Of a stretch of DNA of 32,000 nucleotides, positions 10,834-20,830 are shown piece by piece (position 1 is the stretch's first letter; each line of letters begins with the position of its first letter). The stretch is from the NCBI RefSeq assembly GCF_000008365.1, contig NC_006908.1, forward strand, positions 240,001-272,000, written 5' to 3'. Both the position numbers and the translations under genes were made by a program. This DNA comes from Mycoplasma mobile 163K. GTDB taxonomy: Bacteria > Bacillota_I > Bacilli_A > Mycoplasmatales > Metamycoplasmataceae. The notes beneath the pieces are model-generated. The model was not told the DNA's origin and did not search any database. It worked only from the letters and a program-made list of their open reading frames with translations.

Positions 10834-11761
10834 TGAAAAAATATATGATGTAATTATTATTGGTGGAGGACCAGCAGCTATGTCAGCTGCAATTTATGCC
10901 TCAAGAGCAAATTTATCAACTGTTTTTATTGAAAAAGGAGCTCCAGGTGGAAAAATGGTCACCACTTCTAGAATTGAAAATTATCCAGGTTTTACAACTA
11001 TTGGAGGCCCTGATCTTGCAATAGAAATGTTGAATCATGCCAAAGCTTATAAAGCTGAATATAAATTTGGAAATGTACTAAAAATAAATAATCATGGACC
11101 ATTTAACAAGGAAGTACTTTTAGAAAGAAAGAATGAAATAATCAAAGGTAAATCAATTATTATTGCAACCGGAATGGTAAATAGAGTTCCTAGAGATATT
11201 GAAGGAATCGAGGAATTTAATCATAAGGGTGTAAGTTACTGTGCTATTTGTGATGGACCTTTATTTGGAAAAACACCTTCAGCAATAATTGGAGGTGGAA
11301 ATAGTGCAGTTGAAGAAGCTATTTACTTAGCTTCAATTGCTTCTGAAGTTCACGTTTTTGTTAAAGACTCAAAATTTAATGCAGAAGAGAAATCTGTCAA
11401 TGATTTAAAATTATTAAAAAATGTAAAAATTCACATGAATTCTAGTATTTTAAAATTAAAAGGATCAAATAAATTAGAAGAAGCAGATGTTTTAATTAAT
11501 GGAAAAAAAGAAACAATTAAACTAACAAGTTTATTTCCATATATTGGTTTTATACCTTCAGTGGATTTTGCAAAGCACTTAGGAATAACTAATGAACAAG
11601 GTTTTATTCAAACTAATGAAAAATTAGAAACTAAATTAGAAAATATTTTTGCAGCAGGAGATATTAGAGTAAAAGACATTAGACAAGTAGCAACAGCAAT
11701 TGGCGATGGAGCTATTGCAGGGAAAGAAGTTGCTAATAAAATTAACTCAGAAAAAAAATAG
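10826..11761 (+). CDS. trxB: Thioredoxin-disulfide reductase
   Basis: Intact 311-aa ORF. FAD motif IIGGGPAAMSAA, redox centre VSYCAICDG, NADPH motif IIGGGNSAVEEA, C-terminal FAAGD. It overlaps the lgt 3' end by 8 nt. Confidence 0.95.
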   Translation: MHNEKIYDVIIIGGGPAAMSAAIYASRANLSTVFIEKGAPGGKMVTTSRIENYPGFTTIGGPDLAIEMLNHAKAYKAEYKFGNVLKINNHGPFNKEVLLERKNEIIKGKSIIIATGMVNRVPRDIEGIEEFNHKGVSYCAICDGPLFGKTPSAIIGGGNSAVEEAIYLASIASEVHVFVKDSKFNAEEKSVNDLKLLKNVKIHMNSSILKLKGSNKLEEADVLINGKKETIKLTSLFPYIGFIPSVDFAKHLGITNEQGFIQTNEKLETKLENIFAAGDIRVKDIRQVATAIGDGAIAGKEVANKINSEKK

Positions 11762-11768
11762 ATTTTAA

Positions 11769-11796
11769 ATAGGATTATAAAATCCTATTTTTTTTC
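11769..11796 (+). terminator. Rho-independent terminator after trxB
   Basis: ATAGGATT-ataa-AATCCTAT followed by a T8 run, 8 nt after the stop. Confidence 0.75.
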
Positions 11797-12011
11797 TTAA
11801 ATTTTATTAAAAATAAATGTTAACAAGTTTTTTTAAAATGTAAATATAACAAAATCAGCTTTTAATAGTATGTTTTTTAACACTTTATAAGTTTGTTCTT
11901 ATGTAAATATCTTTGTAAGTAAGATAAAAATTTTAAAAACATTTTAAATTTTATTTATCTATTCAAAAAGATAAAGTTAAAATAAACTCAATTGATTTTC
12001 TTGGGGGACAT

Positions 12012-13067
12012 ATGACTAATTTATTTATTGAAAAAAATTTTGAAATTTCTGATTCAGATTATAAAATTATTAGAAAACTATACCAACCTATAATTGGAAT
12101 AAAAGCAATTGCATTATTGTCAAATTTTTATGATCAAGTCGAAAACAAAAAAACAACAGATTTAATTGAAGTTGAAAATTTTTATAAAATTTTAAATATA
12201 GATTTTGAAGAATTTTTAGACTTAAGAAAAAAATTAGAATCTTTTTGCTTGATAAAAACTTTTGAAAAAAAGCAAGACAAATCAACACACTTAATAAGCT
12301 TGATAAAACCACTATATGAATTTCAGTTTGATAAAAACGTTATATATAAAAAAAGTTTGATAAAGGCAATAGGCTTAGATTTATACAAAAAAATGATCAA
12401 TTTAGAAGTTGAAAATAATGAAGATAATATCAAAGAATATTTTGATATAAGTGAAACATACATCAACTATATTGGTAGTGACTTTTTTTTGCAAAATCAA
12501 AAAAATGATTTTTTTTTCGAGAATAGTAAAACAATCCATTTTGAAGGACCTTCAGTCGAAGATTCGAAAAATTTATTGGAAAATGAGTTTATACACACAA
12601 ATGAAATACCAATTGTAAAAGCAAAAAATATTTTAGAAGCAATAAATGAATATTCTACTACTCAGTTTATTAAATACATTTGAAACAACAGTGCAACAAT
12701 CGAAATGACATTATGAATTAGTGAGGCTAATAAAAATGGATTTTCAGATGATGTTTTAAATCTTGTAATAAATTCTTGTGTTGATATTATTGGTTATTTT
12801 AATTTTCAATACATTAAAACAGTTGCGAATAATTTATTAAAACAAAATAAAATTTCTTATCAAAATGTTTTAAAACACTTTAGTTCAATAAAAAAATTGC
12901 AAAAAAAATCAAAGGAAGATTTTTTAAATTCAGTTCAAGTTAAAAATAATTTTTTAAAAAATACACAAAAAGAATACACAATTTTTGATTTCCAAAATAA
13001 TGATGATATTTCCTTTGAAGATTTATTTAAATATAAAAAATGAGAAGTAGAGGACTCTAATGACTAG
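12012..13067 (+). CDS. Replication initiation/membrane attachment protein of the Firmicute DnaB type (DnaD-like domain), helicase-loading factor
   Basis: ORF 12012..12683 continues in frame through TGA at 12681, 12714 and 13041 to TAG 13065. The N-terminal YQPIIGIKAIALLSNFY motif and the C-terminal segment TLWISEANKNGFSDDVLNLVINSCV...YIKTVANNLLKQNKISYQNV resemble the DnaB_2/DnaD repeat. A GGGGGA Shine-Dalgarno precedes the ATG. Confidence 0.6.
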
Positions 13068-13989
13068 TAAGATTGATAATTTGATTTCCTTCACAGAAAA
13101 AACATTAACTAAAGAAGAAAAAGTTAATACATTAAAAAATTTAATTAGAACTTCAAAAAGAGTTAGAAATTTTCATCTTAAATATAAACTAAAAGATAAA
13201 CTTGACAAAATTGATGAATTTTTACCAATTTTGATCGATATCTCATTAGAGGAAAAAAATGATTTAAATTCGAAATTGGTTACAACTTTATTTTTAGACA
13301 GAAATAATAATTTTATAAGTCTAATAGAAAATAATTTAGAATTTAAATCTAATTTTGTCTCTTTGATTGATTATCAAAATCTTTTTCCTTATGAAATTGG
13401 TATTTTTGACAAAGAATTTGAAAAAAACTCAAAAAAATATTTTGAAAAAAGTGAAAACAACCAATTCGAACAAATATTTTTTAATGAAGTAGCTTTAAAA
13501 AAATTTAATAAATTTGGAATTTACAAAATTAATGAGGAAATGTTTTCCGAAACAAGAAATGAGTTCTTATTAAACATTGCTTATCTATTTTTGAAAAAAA
13601 ATAAAAAAATTATTTTTACAACATTTAAAAAACTTGCAGAAACATTAGATGATGCAACAAGTTATAAAACAAGAAATGACTTTATAGCTGATTTAAAGAA
13701 AATCGATGGTCTTTTTATTTTAGATGCTTATTTAGGTTCATTTAACAAAAAATCTGTAGATGAAATTTTTTGAAATGTTTTTTTAGAAAGAATTCAAGAT
13801 AAAAAACTAACATTTATTAGTTCTAATTTGCAAATGGAAGAATTTAGCTTTATTGTAACCGTATATTCCCATGACAAAATTGGGTTTATTGATCATTTAT
13901 ACAAACAATTAAGAGAAGATGGGAATTTCTTTTTTAAAGTTCAAAAACAAGAGTTTTTAGAGAGATTGAAAATGCTTATTGTTATTTAA
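13060..13989 (+). CDS. DnaI-like helicase loader homolog with degenerate AAA+ motifs
   Basis: ORF 13060..13773 continues through TGA 13771 to TAA 13987. It overlaps the upstream gene by 8 nt. The C-terminal half is collinear with Bacillus DnaI (..LFILDAYLG..., ...KLTFISSNLQMEEF...), but the P-loop position reads GIYKINEEMFSETRNEF. Confidence 0.5.
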
Positions 13990-14027
13990 TTTTATAGTTT
14001 TTTTCATTATAAAAATTTCTTATGTCT

Positions 14028-14033
14028 TATAAT
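14028..14033 (+). promoter_or_regulatory. Candidate -10 box for gap
   Basis: TATAAT in tgtctTATAATtaag. A GGAG Shine-Dalgarno at 14071-14074 lies upstream of ATG 14079. Confidence 0.3.
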
Positions 14034-14078
14034 TAAGATTGTAGTGAAAGTTATTTTTACTAAGTAATAAGGAGAAAA

Positions 14079-15098
14079 ATGAAAAAAATCGCAATTAATG
14101 GATTTGGAAGAATTGGAAGAGTTATTTTAAGAACAATTCTTTCAGATGCTACAAGTTCAAAAAATATTCAAGTCATTGCAATTAATGACTTAACAGATGC
14201 TAATACATTAGCACATTTATTTAAATATGATTCTATTTATGGAAATTTTAATGGGTCAATAAAAGTTGATGAAAAAGCTGAATCATTAATTATTAATGGT
14301 CACAAAATCAGAATTTTGTCAGAAAGTGATCCTTTAAAATTACCTTGAGGTGATTTAGGAATTGATTTAGTTATTGAATCAACAGGAAGATTTGCAACTA
14401 AAGAACAAGCAAGTCAACATTTAAAATCAGGAGCTAAAAAAGTTTTAATTTCAGCTCCTGCTAAAGGCGCAGGAATTCCAACAGTGGTTCATAATGTAAA
14501 TCACCAAATTTTAAATGCAAGTGATACAATTATTTCTACAGCTTCATGTACAACAAATTCATTAGCACCAGTTGCACATGCAATAAATAAAGAATTTGGA
14601 ATAGAATCAGGTTTAATGACAACTATTCATGGTTATACAGCAGATCAAAAATTACATGATGCTCCACACTCAGATTTAAGAAGAGCACGTGCAGCAGCAA
14701 CTAATATTGTTCCAACTTCTTCAGGAGCAGCCATTGCTATTGGTTTAGTAATTCCTGAATTAGATGGTAAACTAGCAGGAGGTGCTTTACGTGTTCCTGT
14801 TATTACAGGTTCAGTAGTGGATTTAACTTTTACAACTACTCAACCAGCTACTGTTAAAGGAATTAATGAAGCAATCAAAAAACATGCAAATGAGTCAATG
14901 AGATACGAAACTAATCCAATTGTATCATCTGATATTATAGGCGCAACAGAAGGAACTATTTTTGATTCATTATTAACTCAAGAAATAAGTTCAAAAAATG
15001 GTAAGAAATTGTTTAAAATTACAACTTGATATGATAATGAAAGTTCATATGTAAACCAAGTAGTAAGAACTTTAAATTATTTTCTTAAATTAAATTAA
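14079..15098 (+). CDS. gap: Glyceraldehyde-3-phosphate dehydrogenase
   Basis: ORFs 14079.. and 14484.. share one frame and join via TGA at 14346. The gene extends through TGA 15027 to TAA 15096. INGFGRIGR, the catalytic SCTTNS and the C-terminal WYDNE(S) motif are present. Confidence 0.96.
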
Positions 15099-15122
15099 TT
15101 GATTTTGTATTTTATATAATTT

Positions 15123-15146
15123 AAAACAAGCTTTTTTGCTTGTTTT
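15123..15146 (+). terminator. Terminator hairpin after gap
   Basis: AAAACAAGC-tttttt-GCTTGTTTT. The downstream T-tract is interrupted (aaattatttttt). Confidence 0.55.
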
Positions 15147-15220
15147 AAATTATTTTTTCAAAAATAAGATTTTGAATTAAAAATTGTTATAGTACCAAAT
15201 ATTTTGAAAGGAATTTAAAT

Positions 15221-16210
15221 ATGGAATCAGGAATAAGGCCAGGAGCAAGCAAATTATTGGGTTTTTTTAGTTGACAAGGTAACAATTGATCATTTGAGCA
15301 ATCATCGTGGCTCTCTTATTTAATTATAGCTATTGCTTTTTTTATTATCTTTTTAATGATGATTTATAAAGTAAGAATTTATCAATACATTAATTTTCAA
15401 TCAAATAATTCTAAAATTCTAAAAATTTTTCCTTCTAAGGATTCGCTTTTTCAATTTATAGGTTATTTCGGAATGTTTTTTTTCTTACTTAGAATTATTC
15501 TTTTAGCAGTAAGTGGATACCCTAATCAATGAGAATTATTGCCTCTTCATTTTTGTAGACTATTTTTGTTTTTAATTTTTTTAGCTTTTATTTTTAAAAA
15601 ACATGAATTTATTAAATATTTTGCATTTTTATCTATTGGTGGAGCCATTATAGGTTTATTTATTTCAGATTTATCTAATTCACCTTTTTGAGGTCAGGCA
15701 AATGAGCTTTTTCCTGAACAATTTGGTAGAGGTGGTTTTGATATAGGATTAGATTCTTATATTTTTTGAGATTATTTTTTAGCTCATTCGATTGCTTTAA
15801 TTATTCCTGTTTTTGTTTTAACAATTTTGAAAGTAAAAATTACTAAAAGAGATTCACAAATTTCAATCATCATTTCATTTATATTTACAATTTTTATTTT
15901 CTTTTTAAATTGGTTATTATTTGAATATGCTTCAAGAGAATGAAAAAGTAATTATTTTTACATTGGAAGATTGGTACAAATAACAATTTTTGGTAAATTA
16001 AGTGAATGACCCCTTTCTTTACTTACATATATAGTTTTAGGGATTATAATTTATTATTTAATTTTTTGAATTTGAATTTTTCAAGATAAATTTTCATTTG
16101 AAGTATCAAAAAAATATTTAATCAAAAAAATAAGTTTAAATAAGAGTCAAAATTGAATATTTTACAATTCAAAATATTTTGTGGATTTAACAAAATTTAG
16201 AAATAAGTAA
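15221..16210 (+). CDS. YwaF/TMEM164-family (TIGR02206-like) integral membrane protein
   Basis: Absent from the track because it has 11 in-frame TGA codons. I read 329 codons from ATG 15221 to TAA 16208 with no TAA or TAG. It is multi-pass hydrophobic. The motifs ELLPLHFCRL, FLAHSIALIIP and NYFYIGR match what I remember of B. subtilis YwaF (LPLHLC ... ISHGG ... NYMF). Confidence 0.7.
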
Positions 16211-16907
16211 TTTTTGCAATTCTTGTTTTATTATTAATATCTTTAAGGTAACTAACTTGGATAAAGTCAATTTTGTTAATAAATTTGACTTTATCAGTAT
16301 CTATTTCAAGTAACAAAACTCCATTACTTTTTAAAAATTTTTTTGCAGAAAAAATAATTTTTTCAATAATTTCAAATCCTTCTTTTTTTGCAAAAAGAGC
16401 TAAATGTGGTTCATATTTCGAAACACTTTCATCTAAAACATTTTTATGGCTTAAATAAGGTGGATTAGACACAATTAAGTCAAATTTTTTCTCAATTTTT
16501 TCGAATAGATCACTTTTTAAAAAAAATATATCAAGATTATTGATTGCAACATTTTCTTGGATTTGTCTAATTGATTCTTCAGATATATCTGAAGCCATGA
16601 CATTAATTTTTGGAAAATGCTTTTTTATTGCTAAAGCAATAAAACCAGAACCTGAGCATAAATCCAAAACATCTAAATTATTGTTATTTTCAAGATATTT
16701 ATATGCTTCCAAAATTAACTCTTCAGTTTCGTATCTAGGAATTAAAACAAAATGATTTACATGAACAATTACATTTTGCATTTCAATAAAACCCATTATT
16801 TTTTGGATGGGAAAATTCAAATTAAGCATTTTTAACTCTTTTTCAGAAATTTCTTCTTTTAATTTATATCTTCTTTTTTCTTTTAATAAATCTTCAATTG
16901 TTGGCAT
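16197..16907 (-). CDS. prmC: Peptide chain release factor N5-glutamine methyltransferase (HemK)
   Basis: Intact 236-aa ORF directly downstream of prfA. SAM motif VLDLCSGSGFIA and catalytic IVSNPPYL (NPPY). Confidence 0.9.
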   Translation of the reverse strand: MPTIEDLLKEKRRYKLKEEISEKELKMLNLNFPIQKIMGFIEMQNVIVHVNHFVLIPRYETEELILEAYKYLENNNNLDVLDLCSGSGFIALAIKKHFPKINVMASDISEESIRQIQENVAINNLDIFFLKSDLFEKIEKKFDLIVSNPPYLSHKNVLDESVSKYEPHLALFAKKEGFEIIEKIIFSAKKFLKSNGVLLLEIDTDKVKFINKIDFIQVSYLKDINNKTRIAKITYF

Positions 16908-16913
16908 ATGTTT

Positions 16914-17990
16914 TTATAAATTAGCTTCTTTTATTTTTTCAGCTTGTTCTTCAGCATGTAAGGCTTCAATAATATTATTTATTTTTCCCTCCATAGCAAT
17001 TTTCAAGGAAGTTGAAAATCCAATTCTATGATCAGTTATTCTATCTTGAGGGTAATTATAAGTTCTAATTTTTTCACTTCTTGCTCCAGATCCAGCTAAT
17101 TTTCTAAATTTTCCTGTTTCTTCATTTCTTTTTTTGATTTCTAAATCATAAAGTTTTGATTTCAAAATTTTAAGTGCACTTTCTCTATTAGATATTTGGC
17201 TTTTTTCATCTTGTGAGCTAACAACAATACCACTCGGTAGATGTGTGATTCTAACAGCACTATCAGTTGTGTTAACGGATTGGCCACCTGGACCAGAAGA
17301 TCTGAAAGTATCAATTTTTAAATCCACCGGATTTATTTCTACTTCTGCAACATCATCAACTTCTGGCATAACAGTAACTGTTGTTGTAGATGTATGGACT
17401 CTTCCTTGAGTTTCTGTTACAGGAATTCTTTGAACTCTATGAACTCCTGATTCAAATTTTAGTTTAGAATAGGCCTTGTCTCCTTCAACAAGAAAAGTAA
17501 CTTGAGAAAAACCTCCTGAAGAAGCATTAGCATAATCAAGCAATTTTAACTTCATTTTATTAATATCTGCTCATTTGTTGTACATTTTAAGTAAATCACC
17601 TGCAAAAATATTAGCTTCATCTCCACCTGCAGCACCTCTAATTTCTATGATAACATTTCTCTCATCATTTTCATCTTTAGGTAAAATTAAAATTCTCAAT
17701 TTTTTTTCTAATTCTTGATTTTCTAATTCAGATTTGTGAATTTCATTTTTTGCAAAAGAAACCATTTCTTCATCTTTTTCATCAAGAAGAATTTTTGCAT
17801 CTTTGATTGTTTGTTCGTTAATCAAAAATTTATTAAAATTTTCTACTATTTCACTAATTGAATTATTTTCTTTTGAGATCTTTGTATATTCTTTTATATT
17901 GTTAAAAACTTCAGGTAGTAACAATTTTTTTTCATTTGAATCATATTTTTCTTTAATTGATTTTAAAGATTTATAAAGTGTATCTTCCAT
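16914..17990 (-). CDS. prfA: Peptide chain release factor 1
   Basis: ORFs 17571..18014 and 16914..17555 join via TGA (..[14 protein letters not shown]..). The GGQ motif [20 protein letters not shown] and the PVTE (PxT-type) tripeptide region are present. I place the start at ATG 17990 (MEDTLYKSL...) rather than the TTG at 18014. Confidence 0.93.
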
Positions 17991-18072
17991 ATTTGAAATT
18001 ATATATAAATACAAGAATTTTAAGTTAAATATGTTATCAAAGTAATTCTAATTTCTCAATAATAATGTTTTT

Positions 18073-18109
18073 AAAAAAATAATAGTGATATCTTCACTAT
18101 TATTTTTTT
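18073..18109. terminator. Long symmetric terminator hairpin at the yebC 3' end, separating it from prfA
   Basis: AAAAAAATAATAGTGA-tatct-TCACTATTATTTTTTT. The arm overlaps the yebC stop codon (18108-18110). Confidence 0.65.
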
Positions 18110-18842
18110 AAAAATCAATGTTGTGATAAATTTCTTGAACATCTTCATTGTCTTCTAAAGTTTCTATTCAAGTTTCTAATTTTTCCAATTTTTCTTTTTC
18201 GAAACTAACGGTAGTATTTGGTAAATATTGAATTTCAGCGGTGGCATAATTTTCCAAACTAAGAGCTTTATCAATTTTATCTTTTACTTCTTGAAAATTT
18301 GAAGGATTAGTTATTATTCTAGAAAAATCTTCAAATGTTTGAACATCTTCAGCTCCAGCATCTAATGCTTCGAGCATTAATTGATCACTATTTTCGTATT
18401 CTTCTTTTAGAATATCAAGAACACCTTTACGCTCGAAAATATATGGGATTGAACCACTTTTTCCTAATTGTCCTCCAATTTTAGAAAAAGCAGCTTTTAT
18501 ATTTGATATAGCTCTATTTAGATTGTCCGTTAAACAAATAACTAAAATAATTGCTCCACCAGGAAGAGACCCTGAATAAATTAATTCCTTAAATTCACTT
18601 GCATTTTTTGAATTACCTGAAGCCTTTGATAAAGCTTTTTCAATATTTGCTTTAGGCATGGATTGTGCTTTTGCTTTAGAAACTGCTAATCTTAAACTTG
18701 GATTTGTTTCGGGATCTGCTCCACCTGGACCAGATGCAGCAACAAAAATCTCTTTTGATAATTTCATAAAAATTTTGCTTCTTGCTGCGTCTTGAGCACC
18801 TTTTCTATGTTTAATATTTGCCCATTTTGAATGTCCTGCCAT
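18108..18842 (-). CDS. YebC/PmpR family DNA-binding transcriptional regulator
   Basis: MAGHSKWANIKHRKGAQDAARSKIF... is the hallmark YebC N-terminus. Track ORF 18168..18842 extends 19 codons through TGA 18170-18168 to TAA (..LET-W-IETLEDNEDVQEIYHNIDF*). Confidence 0.92.
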
Positions 18843-18854
18843 CTATTTTTCCTT

Positions 18855-19550
18855 TCAATTTCTATTTGGAATCTTTACAAAAATTCTCTTTAATTCAGTT
18901 AATGAATGTACCATTTCAATTTCATATTTAATATTTGCCAAAACACTTTCGTTGTTTAAAAAATTTTCTAAATCATTGAAATTGAAATTATATTCTTCAA
19001 TATTATATAGATTATTTAAGTTTAAATTATTTGGATTATCCAAAATTTCTAAATTTTTTGCAAGTAAATGAATTTCATTAGGATTTAGCTTTGCTAAGGG
19101 TGCTAAACTTTCTCTATCAATTTGATAATTTGTAAAAAGACCTAAAAAGTAATCATATAAATTAGCAGGATTTAAAATTATATAACTCATCTCAAGAGCA
19201 ATTCCATCCAAAACACTAGATCTAATTTTCTCTTTAATCTTTTCTCTTGATTTTTCGTTATCGAAAGTTAAAATATTTTCAAAAGACAAATAAGGAATTG
19301 TCAAATCAATTTCATTAAAGTCCAACTTTATTTTTTCCAATAAATTAGTCATTTCTTTTCTGTCATCTTCATTAATTGCATCAATTGGCAAAATCAATGC
19401 TAAAGAATTATTAGGAAATGCTTTTTTAGCTAAAAAAGCTAAAATTTTGCTATTTTCTGTTTTGTCTAAAACCAAAATAACTCCTTTTTTATTAGAATTT
19501 TTTACTTCAGTTTTTATTCACTGAGTCAAAAAATCAATATATTCCTTCAT
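18855..19550 (-). CDS. NAD+ synthetase (NadE)-like protein lacking the SGGxDS PP-loop (probable pseudoenzyme)
   Basis: Track ORF 18855..19475 extends upstream through one TGA to ATG 19550 (MKEYIDFLTQWIKTEVKNSNKKGVILVLDKTENS...). It is collinear by eye with B. subtilis NadE ([26 protein letters not shown]...). The start overlaps the galE stop (TAATG), with AAGGA upstream. Confidence 0.55.
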
Positions 19551-20542
19551 TATTTATCCTTTAAAATTTTTTTTCTTCAAGCAAGTTCTGTTTTAACAAT
19601 CTCTTCCAAACTGAATTTTGGTTTAAAATTCAATATTTTTGCAATTTTTGTTGTTGAAGCAACTAAAAAAGCAGGGTCTCCATCTCTTTTAGGATTAATT
19701 TCATAATTTAATTTTTTATTAAGTTGTTTTTCAAAAGTTTTAACAACTTCTAATACTGAAAATCCTTTTTCAGATCCAACATTTACAATTAAATTAGTTT
19801 TATTTTCAAAAATGTATTTTGCAGCAAGAAAATGAGCATGAGCTAAATCTTGAACATGAATATAATCTCTTATACAAGTTCCATCTTTTGTGTCATAATT
19901 ATTTCCAAAAATTTTTAGAGAGTCTAATTCATTGAAAACAAAAGATGAAATAGAAGGGATAAGATGAGAAACTTTATGGCCTTTTTTTGGAACTAAACCT
20001 ATAGAGTTATTTTGATGTGCACCTGCTACATTAAAATAACGCAAAATTGCAAATTTAAAATCATTTACATGAGCATAATCCTGAATAATTTTTTCAGACA
20101 TTTGTTTGGAAGAACCATATGGATTAATAGGATTTAAATCCTCATCTTCTCTAATCGGTAAATTTGATTTTTGTCCATAAACAGCTGCAGTAGAAGAAAA
20201 AATTAAAAACTTTTTATTATTTTCTTTCATAGATTCAAGCAAAATCATTACTCCATAAGTATTATTCAAATAATATTTAAGTGGTTCATAAACACTTTCA
20301 CTTACAACAATTGATGCAGCAAAATTTATTACAATTTCAATTTCTTTATTTTCATCAAAAATTTTATTTAAAATTTTTTTGTCTTTAAAATCTCCTTCAT
20401 AAAATTTAGCTTCTGGATGAATAGAAGAATTTGATCCAGTTGTTAAATTATCTAAAATAACAACTTTGTTATTATTTTCAATCAATTCATAAACTGTGTG
20501 GCTGCCAATATAACCAGCGCCTCCAATTACTAAATAAGTCAT
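19550..20542 (-). CDS. galE: UDP-glucose 4-epimerase
   Basis: MTYLVIGGAGYIGSH (GxxGxxG), the catalytic YGSSK (YxxxK), and RYFNVAGA. Track ORF 19577..20542 extends through TGA to TAA at 19552-19550 (..ELA-W-RKKILKDK*). Confidence 0.92.
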
Positions 20543-20573
20543 TTATATTACTCCTTTAAATTTATCATTATTA

Positions 20574-20579
20574 ATTATA
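20574..20579 (-). promoter_or_regulatory. Candidate -10 box for galE
   Basis: The minus strand reads aataTATAATtaataatg...AAAGGAGtaatataaATG. Confidence 0.3.
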
Positions 20580-20597
20580 TATTAAAAAAGCATAAAA

Positions 20598-20700
20598 AAA
20601 GCAACGCTCTATTTTCCCATTACTGGTATCTTCGACGCTAAGAGGCTTAACTACTGAGTTCGGAATGGGTTCAGGTGTACACTCTTGCTATAGTTGCTTG
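20598..20700 (-). rRNA. rrf: 5S ribosomal RNA, stand-alone gene; ends approximate to about 3 nt
   Basis: The reverse complement reads AAGCAACTATAGCAAGAGTGTACACCTGAACCCATTCCGAACTCAGTAGTTAAGCCTCTTAGCGTCGAAGATACCAGTAATGGGAAAATAGAGCGTTGCTT. It contains the conserved 5S core CCGAAC...GTTAAGC. The terminal helix I is AAGCAAC/GTTGCTT. No 16S or 23S sequence occurs anywhere in the window. Confidence 0.88.
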
Positions 20701-20705
20701 TTATT

Positions 20706-20711
20706 ATTATA
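20706..20711 (-). promoter_or_regulatory. Candidate 5S rRNA promoter -10 box
   Basis: The minus strand reads TTGAAA (20732-20727), then a 15-nt spacer, then TATAAT (20711-20706). Helix I of the 5S RNA begins 6-7 nt downstream. Confidence 0.4.
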
Positions 20712-20830
20712 CATAAAAAAAATTTTTTTCAAAAAAATAATACTTTTTTTACTTTATATTTTTTGGAGAAATTTGAATATTTTTTATATATAATTTTTGT
20801 AGATTATTTAAAATATCGATAGGAGAAAAT

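Noticed and set aside
11762-12011. A 250-nt AT-rich intergenic region upstream of the DnaB/DnaI-like genes, considered as a possible replication origin or DnaA-box cluster.
   Set aside because: I found no TTATCCACA-like 9-mers or clustered near-matches by eye. dnaA and dnaN are not nearby. It is more simply a terminator plus promoter region.
16273-17031. Plus-strand ORFs 16273..16458, 16540..16755 and 16807..17031. Similar antisense ORFs occur elsewhere (2317..2553-, 3100..3342+, 5320..5592-, 7830..8039-, 12088..12312-, 21455..21766+, 23048..23332+, 24160..24372+, 24751..24963+, 26838..27050-, 27267..27572-, 28855..29037-, 31718..31903-).
   Set aside because: Each lies entirely inside, and antisense to, a well-supported conserved gene. 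Their translations are low-complexity (F/L/I/K/S-rich) with no recognisable motifs. These are typical shadow ORFs of AT-rich DNA.
17991-18014. The TTG-initiated extension of prfA (MYLYIISN...) suggested by the ORF track.
   Set aside because: The extension is hydrophobic and has no counterpart in RF1 proteins. ATG 17990 ([16 protein letters not shown]) gives a normal RF1 N-terminus.
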